Assembly: GCA_905178155.1 (NCBI GenBank)
Contig: CAJINV010000002.1
Coordinates: 9,616,650 to 9,680,649, forward strand
Origin: Amoebophrya sp. A120
Lineage: Eukaryota; Protista; Dinoflagellata
Direction: 5' to 3'
Length of the DNA stretch: 64,000 nucleotides
Positions 22,833-42,414 of this stretch are shown here, one piece after another (the stretch's first letter is position 1; each line of letters begins with the position of its first letter). A model generated the notes under the pieces. The model was not told the origin of the DNA and did no database searches. It saw nothing but the letters and a program-made list of their open reading frames with translations. Made by a program: the position numbers and the translations under genes.

Positions 22833-25792
22833 ATGGCGGGACAAACGGAGCAGGTGACCAGACTGCTGCAGGTGAAAGAAAAACTCGTCCAGATTTGCAA
22901 TGCCTCGGAGGACGGTATCCCTGCAAAAAAAGTAACATGTCTGGATCGGGAAGGCGCCAGGATGTGTAACCCGCGGGGTATTTTGAAACGTGAGCGCAGC
23001 GGCCATTCAAGAGTACAAGTACATGCTGCGGCAGAGCAGCGCTTCTTGACACGAGCTGCAAAGCGAAATAGTGCTATCAAGTGCCATGATGTACAAAGCG
23101 CCGCGGCACCGCATACTGTGTACGCGCGCAAAATAATGATCCAAAAATCTGTCCTCATGCACGTAGTTGCTTGCTGTTGCTCTAGAGCTACTTTCATTCT
23201 GCTCGCTTTGATTTGCATGAAAATAGCCTAGATCATAACTCTCTCGAGCTGGACATGGGTGTTTTTTTGCAGTGGATAGACGAGGCGGAAATTGCCGCGC
23301 AGCTGCCAGATCTGCTGGACGAGTTGGAGAAAGTGCACGTGACCCACAGCCTGCTGAAGGAAACCCTGCTGGGCAAGGCGGTTCGCGAAGTCTCCGTGAG
23401 CCCGAAAGTGCCGAAAGATCTCGCGGACAAGGCCTCGCAGTTGGTGCTAAAATGGAAGCGCGTCGTGCAGCTGGCAAACAACACCTCCTCCACCGGCTCG
23501 CAGTTGGGGTCCCAGGCGTCACTCGCGAAAATGAATCCGGGCGCGGCGCCGACGTCAAATCGCGAGCGGTCTCCTCGGCGCGCTGAGCCAACCACGGGTG
23601 CGGCAAGCTCCAGCAGCAGTGCCGAGCAAGGCACGTCTAGCCAACATCCTGAAGACAAAGAACGAAAGGAAGAACAACCCAATAGCCAGCAGGCGCAACA
23701 ACAACAAGGACAACATCCAAGAGCAAACAGCCAAGCACCGGCGGGGCAGGACGGCATCAAAAATCCATCACTGGTTCCTGCTCGAGGCAGTGCCTCCTTT
23801 CCATCCGTGCTGGGGGGAAGTACAGACGCCGGCGACAAAGCGAAATTGCTGAAGAGTGTGGCGACGATGGGCAGCCAACTGAGCAGTCAGATGAGTTTCA
23901 CCTCCGGGGACCCCCGAGTGGTCACGCGAACGAAACTTCACGCCGCACTGGTGTACGACGAAAGCGAAAATGAATACGGCATGCTGGTAAAGATAGTGTT
24001 GCTGTAAGATGTCGAAAAGTTGCAGATTTTCGACATTCGTGATTAGTATCTCGTCGGCGGACAGGAGATGAACAGCCTGTGTTTTTCTGCGTCTATTGCT
24101 TTGACAGGGGCTGCTCAGAAACAAATCACTCATCGCAAAATATTACTTATGTGGAATGCAGGAAAAATAAAGCGCCTATTTGTTATGTGAACAAAAGACT
24201 TGCGCTTTATCAATCTGCAGCATTGATCATATAGTTTTCCACACAAAATATAATCCAAATATATATATACAGGAAGAAGAAATTGCTAAGAAGAAGCTGC
24301 TACGAAATGCAACAATCTGCGTCACAATCATGCAAAGAATCAAAGCGCTTTAGATCCATATCTATGCAGAATTCTTGTATGATGTTGTGAGTATAAAAAC
24401 AAGCAGCACCAGCAGCATCTGCCCCGTGCTGAAGAATCGGCTATCGTGCGGGCCGTCATTCGAGTTTGTGATGGTGCGTGTTTCCTAGAGTACTTTTTAT
24501 ATACTGTCCTCCGCTCCCGTGGTGGTACTGCGTAAACTAGGAAAACATTTTTCTTGGTCACTTGAGTTGGTCGAATTCCATTTCCAATTCATGAAACTGG
24601 CAACATGCAATGAATTGGAAAGCGGCAAGAGGTTCATTCATTAGAACGGCTGTGACGCGCGGTTTGCGGTTGATGGTTCAAAAATTGCGACGACATAGCC
24701 GCGGAGATGGAGCAGTCACTTTTCAACGAGCTAAAAGGAAAGGAGTACTCCATCCAGGTGCGGTCAATTCTATCCAATTTGAAGGACAAGCGCAACAAGG
24801 ACTTCAAACTGCGTGTGCGGCTGGGCATGATCAACCTCGCCGACAGCTACAAGCTTACCCCGCACGACATGGCCTCGGACGACAAGCGGAAGGAGAGAGA
24901 AAAAATCATTCAGGAAGCCACGGAGGCAATGGACCTGGATTACGACAAAAAGAGGATGAAGGTAAGGAACCGCGGAGAATACTTTCTTGACAATGTTCTT
25001 TATCAAGTTCGTCTCACTTCAAAAACTCTATCTTGCATTTTTGGCCGCGACGGAAAGATCCGCGACGTCTTTTATGGCCAGATTATATGATGAAAAAAAC
25101 AAATCACACAGATTTCCTCCACCTTCACATGCAACAAGTGCAACACGAACCGCTGCACGTACTATGGAATGAAAATAATGATTCACTGATCCCGCTCCCG
25201 GCCGGTTTGATAGAAGTCATGCTCACCAGTATGAGAAGGAAAATTTGCATAAGCGTGTGACGACAAAATGCTTTTTTTTGTATACATAGATGAATACCTC
25301 AACATAGGAAGATAAATGTCTGCCAAGAGCAGGCGGAAAAGCCCTGTATTTGAGACCCCCGGGGCGGGGCAGGTTGTTTCCGGTCGATACCATTTACCAG
25401 CTCCAAACGCGGTCGAGCGACGAACCGATGACTACCTTCGTATCCGAATCGAAAGAACTTCTGCTTTACTCCCCACGGAAGAGAATATTTTCAATCCTCA
25501 AAGAGTTGAAGATGAACTGTTACGGCAGGTCCGTATACAACATGTGGACACGTTGATGACAAGCATGAGGATGAAGAAGACGAAGATCTCCCTTTGGTTT
25601 TAAGTAAATTAATGTTCTTTTGTCGGACGGCGCTTCTCACTGACTTCCACTTCTGCATTACTGCAAAGGGTTTTGCTTTTGCATGACAAGACGGGTCTTC
25701 TCTGCGCCCGTGGGGGCACGAAGGAGAAGATCCTTTCTGCCTGATACTCTGTCACGTGTCAGACCTGTGGCAACCGCTGGAAATTTTGTTGA
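22833..25792 (+). CDS. TFIIS: Transcription elongation factor TFIIS (N-terminal, central and Zn-ribbon domains)
   Basis: [96 protein letters not shown]; 4 introners plus GT-AG introns 23987-24272 and 24962-25111. Confidence 0.95.
22916..23278. mobile_element. Introner in TFIIS
   Basis: TATCCCTGCAAAAAAAGTAACATGTC / GACATGGGTGTTTTTTTGCAGTGGATA; TSD GACGG/GACGA. Confidence 0.88.
24301..24675. mobile_element. Decayed introner in TFIIS
   Basis: TAC...GCGTCACA / TGTGACGC...GATG; joins EEEIAKKKL|KNCDDIAAEMEQ. Confidence 0.65.
25163..25389. mobile_element. Decayed introner in TFIIS Zn ribbon
   Basis: TAT...ATA ends; removal restores [10 protein letters not shown]. Confidence 0.75.
25441..25746. 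mobile_element. Decayed introner in TFIIS Zn ribbon
   Basis: TATCCGAATCGAAAG / CTTTCTGCCTGATA; TSD CTTCG/CTCTG; restores [12 protein letters not shown]. Confidence 0.8.
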
Positions 25793-27311
25793 GGTGGAGA
25801 AAGTGTAAAAGCGTGGTGCCTCCTCGTGTTGTTCCCTACAACCCAGGAACGAACGACCTCTTCCTCTGCAGCCGTCGTCTCTAACATCCGGAGCGCCGTG
25901 TGCCGATGTGTACTAGCAGTTTTCGGCGCTGAACCGTGAATGCCACCCGCTGATCCGGGTGTTAATTCAATGGATCTACGCAGTTCAAATCCTGGTGATT
26001 TATTATAATTCCGTTTCCAGAAAACGAAAACGGTGTTTCGAGAGGATAGGTCATCTCGCACTGCCGACGCAGCCGATGTGAGAAGAAATACCCTTTTGCT
26101 GCGCACGATCGCCTTTGAGATGACTGCTTACGAAAAAAGGAATACGCAAACTGCCCCGGCCGAAGTTCGGTATCTCTCTGACGATGTTCATGTTCCACGG
26201 CCTCGCAGCAACAGGAGGCGTTTCTTCATTTGAATATCCGATTATCAGTGCTTTCCTGTGCATGTAGAGGAACAAGAACGCAAATCTTCCAGAAATCAGT
26301 TCTTCGAAACATAGGAACTGCCTTGGCGCGCACAAATTATATTCGACGACGGGGGAATCAATTTATAGGTTGCTGCTAGTTCTTCACTTGGAACAGCAAC
26401 AGACCGGAAGAGAACTCACATAGCAACTGGCTCCACCGCGCAAGACACACATCATGATTCTGGTTGCAAGAGTCAAGTAAAAACACTGCTACCTAGTACC
26501 CACCCTTTGATGGTACTGGTAGTGGCACTACTTCTTCGCTGCATGCGAAGGAGGAGAAACATTCAAAACTTGTTTCACGACGAGACAGGAGGAGTTGTTC
26601 CGCTCTTAGCTTTATTTCCTCTTGACGCACATCAGTGTGACTGTGAGTACACTAAAATCAGATGACTACGAATCGCCTGAGTAAGATGTCGCTGTATTCA
26701 GCACGACCTCAATAATGTCGTTCCGCACGGTTCAAGAAAGCAAACTTGTTGTAGAAGAAGACCACGACTAGAAGTCCTTCATGCAGGAAGAAACTCAAAG
26801 CCACACACTCACTGCGAAAAAGAAGATCCATTTCCTTGTCGCGAAACCGCGATCTTGTTTCTCTTAACATGCATACGGTGCTGTCTCTACCTCTAAGCGG
26901 AGTGTTTGTAGTGCCACATTCTGTATCTCTTTTACACATTCTGGCCCATGATGATGTGTGGCCGCGCCTTTGTAGTGCTTACTTGTTTCAACTACACGTT
27001 CATGTTGCCCTTTGTGGCCCAGGGGCGGCCGTAGTACGTACACTCCATTAATAGCTGCTGCTTTTTTGTGCTGCTCACACAATTTTGTTATCGTTTTTCT
27101 CAGCGACGCCACAACAAGTTTTACTGTGACATATTGTACCTAAAGTAGATCCGAGTTTACAAAGGGAAATGGTTTTTCGTAGGCACTCGACGTTTAAGCA
27201 GTAGAGGCACTAGATGATTAGAAGTAGAGTTCTTGTTATATCAGGACTGGCAATCTCCTCTTCTTGTTCTTGCTCACTGTACCGATAAAGTAGTTTTGAC
27301 GTAGTAAGTAG

Positions 27312-34880
<7,569 letters not shown>

Positions 34881-35911
34881 AATACAAAACACAACTACAG
34901 TTACATACAACATAAAGGTCTACTTGCTTGCAGTTCGCTGAATAGAAGCTGCTATTCGCACTGATTACGAGGTCAGCACCAGCGCGGATGCGGGCGGAAC
35001 GAATTTTTTAAACAAGCGCCATGAATCGTCGCCGTTGCAAGGACTTACGGTTGTACTTGTCTTCATCAAGACGACGCGAACGACGAATGTGATGTAGATC
35101 CTACGTACGGCATGCGACTTTTTCAACGAAGATAGCAGTCACCTAATGTCCGCGTCTTCCTGTTGGCGATCAGTTGTTGTGGCCATGGAGGCACAGGCTG
35201 GCACGAATGTGGACTTTCACTAGTTTACGAAAGTGAAGATGCATCATCCCGTGCTCGTCACGGGAAAGATGATTCATTCCGCGACACCTGGTTGAATTGT
35301 TAGCCAACTACACGACGAAGTAACGAAATCAGCAGAAAAGATTTAATTTTACTCCGGTGGTCTTCACCAAAAAGGGAACTGATGGAAGCGCATGTTCCTG
35401 AGAACAACCGCCGTGTAGTTTCTTTTTCAACATAAGCAGCTTCTTCTTTGGCGTTATATATCGCGTCCTTTTTTATGCTTATGTACTTCTTAGTACAGGG
35501 TCGATAGAAGTGCTGCTGAGAGGGAGGATGCTAGCAGATCTTGATAGAAGAGAGAGCGGCAAATAGGGTTTCATCGCTTCTTGCAAATGAGAGAGCGGAG
35601 GTATGATCGATAGGAGTTTCCCTGTTCTTTTTTTTCGAGCGACATATCTCACGGCACATCAGAAGAAAACCGAAAACCGGCATCAGGGCCTTTTCATTCA
35701 AGGGGAAAAGTGATGAAATGCGGAAGATACGCTCACTAAATTTGTAGAAGGTCCTTCGGCAGGGCGCTTTGTTTCTTTTTTTCTTTCGACGCTAACATCA
35801 ATGTGAGGATGATACAGGAGAGGGCGAAGGGAGCTTGATTGGACAAAGAATTGTCCACCGAAATATTGGCAAAGGAGGACAACTCTGGACAGCAGCACGA
35901 CGTCATATCAG

Positions 35912-38900
35912 ATGAAGCAGCGGGTGGCGTTTCGCATGCTGAGGCAGTTGGGCTTCGTTCCCAACGCCGAGGGCAGCATTGTGATTCGTGAGGAGGAGCA
36001 CGCCGAGCTTTACGAGTCGCTGCTTTCCTTGGGTTTGCTGCCTCTCCGGCCCGCCTCCGCGGTTCGGAACGAAGGCGGCGGCGGAAATAGTCGCCAACCA
36101 GTATTGCAGTGAAAAATGCCCCCCATCCCTAAATTGCAAAAGTTTGTGATGCGAAGTTTCCAAATGAAAACTTTTTGTCATGCATGAAAGGAGTATGGAT
36201 CTTTCTGATGCAGAATGTAGGCGTGTATCGCATCGCTTGCATGACAAGTGCCGCTCTTGCTAGGGTCTCGTGCAATCCAAATTTTTGCTATTCACTATTG
36301 AAAACCTGTGATGCTGATAGATGCAAGAGGGCGAGTGTTTCATTTGGAAAGGTTTGCAATACAAATGCTCCCAAGTTCGGGGGTGGGGGCAGTTTTCATT
36401 GTAATAACCAGGCGTGATCCGGGTTCGGGAAGATGGCAGCGCGGACTATCAAATGCAAAAATGTCTGGGTCTGGAAGGTTGAAACTTGTGATGCGCATTT
36501 CAGAACACAGAAAAATCTCTCATGCATAGGCAGCAAAAGTTGCCCATTTTGTGTCACCAAAGTCAGAGATCTGTCATGCGGATTCTGCATTGCGAACGCT
36601 TCTCGAAACCTGTGATGCTAGAGCTTCCATGCCAGACCTTCTGTGTCATGCAAAAGCAGCATGATTCTTCCAGACCCAGACATTTTTACATTTGATACGG
36701 ACCGGTTTCTCGCGAAACATTTTCCAGGTCCTGGAGGAGTAGATCCCGAACTGCAAGGCGGCAGGGGTACTAGCTTTGGGTCCAAGAAGATGCAGTTTCC
36801 GTTTCTGGCAAAGTTGCTGGAAGCAGACAATGAGGAAGGTGCGCAGGAGCCATCCGATCTTCCCAACGGTTGTGCAAGAGTGAGGTCTGCGACGGCTTCC
36901 CTGACGCAGGCGGCGAAAGAGGCGGTGCTGCGACACAGAATCGCCCAGCACGCGGCTGCAAATGTAGTTGAAATTATGGGAACTACTTCTTCTACGCCAG
37001 AGGACGAGCACGTCGACGGGGTTGGAGGGTCATCTGCCTGTGCGGAACTACAAGGAGCAAGAAGACGACTTCAGCACGAGAGGTTTGACCTGAGCAAGGC
37101 GGAACCGCACGAGATCTACAATGAGAATTACCACGTCACCATTTGCCACGACGAGCTCGAGGACGAGGCGTTCGTGGACGCCTTTTTCACCGAGCAGTTG
37201 CTTCCCGAGTTCCCCGGTGGCAATCACGATCATCTCCGTCCGATGTATTCGTCGGAAGACCAACATCCGTGCTCGCCTTCCTCTTTCTTTGCGGGGAAAA
37301 GAAACGCAGCCAGTGGCGGGAGCGGATTTATGGCTGGCAGGAAGGTCGACAGAACTACGAAAGAATTTTCACAGGGGCGGGTGAACAACCTTTTTCTGAA
37401 GCAGAAGAAGACTTCTAGAGGAGATGCGGCCACCAGGGATCATCGCCCCAACAGGCAAGGCAGAGACCAGGGCGAGAAGGAGATGAGAGACAAGGGAGGT
37501 GCAGCAGTGGCAGAAACGCCGCTTTCTGCACGGGCGAAAAACCGTCTGGGCATTCTTCCGCCCGAAGAACATGACTCCGAGGTCACCTCCGAAAGGAGCG
37601 GCAAAGCGACCCGCCCGGGGTCGGGACGAGGCACCGCTTTTAAGGCGGGATCCTCATCAGCGGGGAGTAGTGCTGCGTCTGGTGCGGCCGCGCACGGCCA
37701 CGGCTCGTTTCCGGTGGCAGGCGGGCGAGGTGGACCTGTGTTATTCAGTGCAAATTGTTCATCTGAAATTCCAAAAGTACGGCGGACGCGGAAGTTCGTT
37801 ACTTTAGCTTGGCATCAAAAGCGATGTGATGCTGCCTTATATTTGCAGAAGAGTTTCTGTTTAGTCCACCATAGGGGGTGAGTTGCTGATGTCAGTATCA
37901 CTTCCGAAAACCACCTACATCGCGTTAAGCTTTTAGACGGGAGAACGCAGAAGAAGAAGTCCTTGGTCAGATGATGTGCAGCCGTGTTGAGTCATGATAG
38001 ATTAGTAATTTGCACTGTATGCTATCCCAGCACGGCGTATACGGAGGCCAATTTCCAATACGAGTTGCAGCACCAGAGGATCCACTCCTCTCCGTCGGCC
38101 CGGAGGAGGCGGCGGTTGCAAAGCTTCGAGAAGAAAATCAACGCGCCGCCAAAAAAATCTTCCGCCGCTGCGAATGCGGAGGCAGTCGAGGACGTTGCTG
38201 AGAATTCGGGTACTAGTTCGGGCAAGCAAAGGAAGCCGTCCATGAATACCATCACCAACACGTTTTGGCACGGTAAGCCGCCACGAGAAAAACCGGACCC
38301 CGAGGTCGTGGCGGCTCGGCAGGCGGTGCGTGCCATGTTCGATCGCCTCGCGGAGCCGAGGCAGATCCCCTCTAAGGAGGACGACAAATTCAGTACTTTC
38401 CGTAATGCTGATCGACGTCTTGCGAAGAGCTACAGATAAAACCAAAACACAGTCGCGAGCGCTGAAATAAAGTACGTACTAAACGTGAGCTGCAGCTGCA
38501 TGAAGGTAAAATGCTATTTTTCACAAACGCTGTTGCAGAAAAATTCGAATTGCTTCATGAAATTCTATGACAGAAAACCAAGTCGTCGCCAAGCGGACAG
38601 CGGAGGAGCAGCGACTCGCGTGCGAACGGCTGATGCAGAAAAAGGAAAGCAGCGCGTCCCACGCAGGTCCGTCCTTGCAAGAGGATGTGGTCGTGGCTGA
38701 CAGGACTGCAGAAGAGTCGTCGGAGAACATCAAGCGGGGTAGCAGTCAGAAAGCTGCTCCTTCCGCCGGGCCGGTGCGCTCGGCCGCGCAGCAACCGCAA
38801 ACTTTTACGGTCGGTGCCGCGTATCGTGCCAAAATCTTGCCGGACAAGAGGAAAGGAGCCAAGGCAGCACACGCTAATTTGGGAGGGGGCGTCGTGCTGC

Positions 38901-41436
38901 GCGGGCCGCCGGCGAACAGGCATACGAACGCGGTGAAGAGTAAACCTAGTGCGCGCTTCGAGTGGCTGTTCAGCAAAATTGCAGCCGACAGCCAAGTTCT
39001 GGTACTTTTTTTTTGGCATCTTCCGTTTTGTCTCTGTGTGAAAGCTCTACGTGTTTCGCGTCCGCCTCCCAAAAGACGAGTTTTTCATTTTCCTGCTCTG
39101 GAGGAGCTTGTGTGTTGTGAGAGTGACAGATATAGGGACCTCTAAGACTGTGGAACGAAACGTCGCTGGCAAAATGGAAGCACTATTACACAACAACCGA
39201 CTTGTTCGACGCCAGGAGCTGCTGGCATTTACCCAAACGGAAGATTTGTGTGTTCGCTCCACGAAATAATGCAAAAAAAAAATAGGTGAACTTCACAAAC
39301 CTGCGGGGGAACGACGCACGCGAGCTCTTGGAGGAGTGCCTGTGGACGGCAATCATGCTATCTTGAGGAAAAATTCGTCCTTCTCTCCGTACTATGTGAA
39401 AGGAGATTTCATCTGATGTTGCACTTGCATACACTACAAGAAATCCACTACGTCTTACATGTGGGGGAAACAAGAGCAACCGGGCACATTCTTTCTCATA
39501 TTGTAGTTGCGTTATGGCCTACAGCAGAGTAGATGTGAAGAGCGTGTTTAGCTGCTCGGCTCCTGCCGCGCACCTTCTAAACGCGCCTGCTAGGACCACA
39601 GGCCGACGACTTGTACACTCAAAGCGGCATTGCAAATGTCCCCTTGATGCAGTATTTTCGGGAGGGAGGATTTTTCGTTCTGACACAAGGTACAGACACA
39701 GAGCGACGACGGCAGCAAGTTGAACCTGAGCCAGGCGATGCTGGCGCAGATCCCGAACTTGCCCCAGCTGTGCCTGTGGCTGTGGCAGCAGGGCGAGATG
39801 TATTGAGAGGAAAAATCCCCCCTCCCCATATCGAAAAGGTATGTTTCCGAAAAATTGTCTTGCTGATTTGAGACCACAAATCACGTCTGTCTTGCAAGAA
39901 GACAACTAAACAGGCTCTGCCGCATTATGCAGGCGGTTTGTGATGCTGTTGGGCCTACAGCATAGACGTTGCTCATGCTAAGCGCCTGGCCAAAACCTCT
40001 CTACTCAGGCTTGGCAGGAGCCTGCAGCCCCCTACTGCAAGACAAACCTGATTTGTATACGCAAATCCAGCGTCAGAAGCTTCCTGTTGATATGGGGAGG
40101 GGGAATTTTTCCTTGTGATAAGATGCTGAGTTCCTGGGCGTTTGGAAAAATTGAAACCGAATTGCCTTTACTATTCAACGCCATATTCCACGTTCGGGAC
40201 GACAACGCCCACGAGCGCAGCATGCCGCCGAGCGAACTGCAAGCTTTGCTCTTGGGCGGGCACCGCGACCGGGGTGACGAAGAGTTGAGAAGTGGAGCTT
40301 CTTCTTCATCTACAGGTAGCATGTCGAGTCACCGGGTGTACCCGTTTTCAAAGGACACACGGTCGGAGGTCATTCTCGAAAAGCAAGCGGAGTGCCACCG
40401 CATCGTACAGGAAATGCAGAAGACCAAAGACCTGCACAGCTTGATCTCTTTGGAGGAGCTCCGGTTGCTGCGTGACTGGCTGCTGGAACTCGCCGCCGTC
40501 GGGATTGGCGTTCAGCAGCAATTTGTGCAGGAGGGGGACGAAGGAGAGAAAAGTTCTTCCATCGAGCAAGATCATACGCTGACAAGAACCGGAGAAGTAT
40601 CACGAAAAGTAGAGTTGTCCGGCGGTGCAGCTGGCGGACCAGAGGAGCCTGCTTGCACAGTAGAAAAGAAGATGACTGGGGAGGCGGTGGAGCCGGGCCA
40701 GGAGAGCGAGGAAGCCGCGGGTATCAAGACTGTGAAGACCACCTTCGGGTTCCCTACTACAGGTCTTACTTCAGGTAGAAGCGTCAGCACGGGATCCGCG
40801 GTTGTAATAAAAAAAGCAAAAGAGAACGTCAAACAAGATGAATTCACTTTCGAGGAGGAACCCGAGGAAAGCACGAGCGCGGAAGACCCGAGCACGAGTG
40901 TGGGCGAGGAAGGGCAGCATTTGCTTCCTGGAGCGTCGTCCTCGTGCAGTTCGTCTTTGGAAGAGCTGGAGGCCACGACTCTGGAGGAGGTTGCCGCATC
41001 CGCCTCTACGACACTAACCACAACCGCGACCACGACCGGGCCGGGTGCGCACAGTGGAGCGCAAGAAGGGATCGAGAGACCACGACCTGGTGCTTCTGCT
41101 GCTGCTGGTGTGCTGGGCGGGAGAGGACCGGGACAGGAAACCGACGGAGGTCATGAGACAAAAGCGTTTGCGACTTCTTTGTCTTTCCCCCCCTTGTGTA
41201 ATCCAAAGAGCACGTCGGTACCGGAGCAAGCTTCTTCTACCTCCTTGTCAGCGTGCGTCGACCGCTGCGACGAAGAGGAGCGGAGCAAGGGTGCCGCAGG
41301 TGCAGATCCAAAGATAAAAGTCCACGTCGGTCAAGAAGAGGTATCAGGAGCTGCGAGCTGCGCAGAGCCGGCTCTGGTGGCAAAGAAAAAGCGATTGTCG
41401 AAGTTGAGTTTTTGGACGAAAGACTCGTTTGTGTGA
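35912..41436 (+). CDS. Large multi-exon hypothetical protein, mostly low complexity; start and some middle junctions uncertain
   Basis: ORFs 35912, 36643 and 37984 join in frame across introners at 36102, 36447 and 37742; short exons join ORF 40087 across 39359 and 39801; junctions around ORF 38567 unresolved. Confidence 0.6.
36102..36406. mobile_element. Family C-like introner
   Basis: TATTGCAGTGAAAAATGCCCCC / GGGGGCAGTTTTCATTGTAATA; perfect TSD ACCAG. Confidence 0.9.
36447..36697. mobile_element. Family A introner
   Basis: Family A TIRs; perfect TSD CGGAC. Confidence 0.93.
37742..38021. mobile_element. Decayed introner
   Basis: TATTCAGTGCAAATT / AATTTGCACTGTATG; joins GGPV|PSTAY. Confidence 0.7.
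39359..39685. mobile_element. Decayed introner
   Basis: TATCTTGAGGAAAAATTCGTCC / GGAGGATTTTTCGTTCTGACA; TSD CATGC/CAAGG; joins WTAIM|VQTQSDD. Confidence 0.65.
39801..40120. mobile_element. Family C introner
   Basis: TATTGAGAGGAAAAATCCCC..CTCCCCATATC / GATATGGGGAGGGGGAATTTTTCCTTGTGATA; perfect TSD AGATG. Confidence 0.93.
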
Positions 41437-42414
41437 CGATTATTTGTCGTGAGGAGCAGGTGGACTCCCGCAGGTTGTGCGTCCTGCAATCTGGACTTAG
41501 AAACGCAGGTAGCATCAAGCCGAATTCATCGAGCGCGGCAGTGCAGAAGGAAGTACTTAGAACACTACTGTATTGGAAGTGACAGTGGACTTGGAGTTCT
41601 CAGCCTCTGCAAGTAAAGGACGCATAAGACTTCAGGAAGCAGATTATGATGCAACAAGCAGTCCGAGGTTCGTAATCCCTGAAGATGTCGGTTCTTGCAG
41701 TTTCTTATCTACAACTAGATGTCCACGAACCTCTTCGACACTCCTCGCATCCGCATTCGTGCCAGATCTCGAGGACCTTACCGTTATTTCGGTGCGAATT
41801 TCAAACGTATCGATTAACAGAACCGAACGTTTACGGCTCATCTGTATAATGTAGTGCAGAAACTGGCTGTCGTGTTGCATCGGTGCGTTGTGTGAACTGT
41901 TTGTGTCGGTTATGAACATACTAGTCGTGAAGAAACTATCGCAATCGTAAGAAATGAATTCTTGTCAGTGGTCGTTATAGTAATTCTGCTATCGGTTTTC
42001 GTCGAACTTGTAGAACTAAAACTGTGTCAGTGCCCGTAATAAACGCTATAGTGTTTTCCACGTTACTGCTTCCTCATCCGAGATTTTCTGCAGGCTATCA
42101 TAGCTTGTTGTATTCGCGCTTGTCGTCTGTTATAATCTTTTTGAAAGAGACAGTTTCCAAAAAGTATATACTTTTTAGTTTCCCTCTTGTCTTCTCCCCT
42201 TAGTTTGTAGGTTCCCCTATCAGAATCAGATCGATGCAGACCGGCTAGGGTCGACCGCCGCCTCGGATTTCATGAGTTTTAAGCGCCTCGCTCTACCGCT
42301 CCTTGCGGCGTCCATGCCGAGTATCGGCAAGTGACCCAAGAGCTGCAACTAGAGGCGGCGAGTAGAAAATCGCTCCAAGATGAAGTATAGTAGATCTTCA
42401 CTATATTCATCACA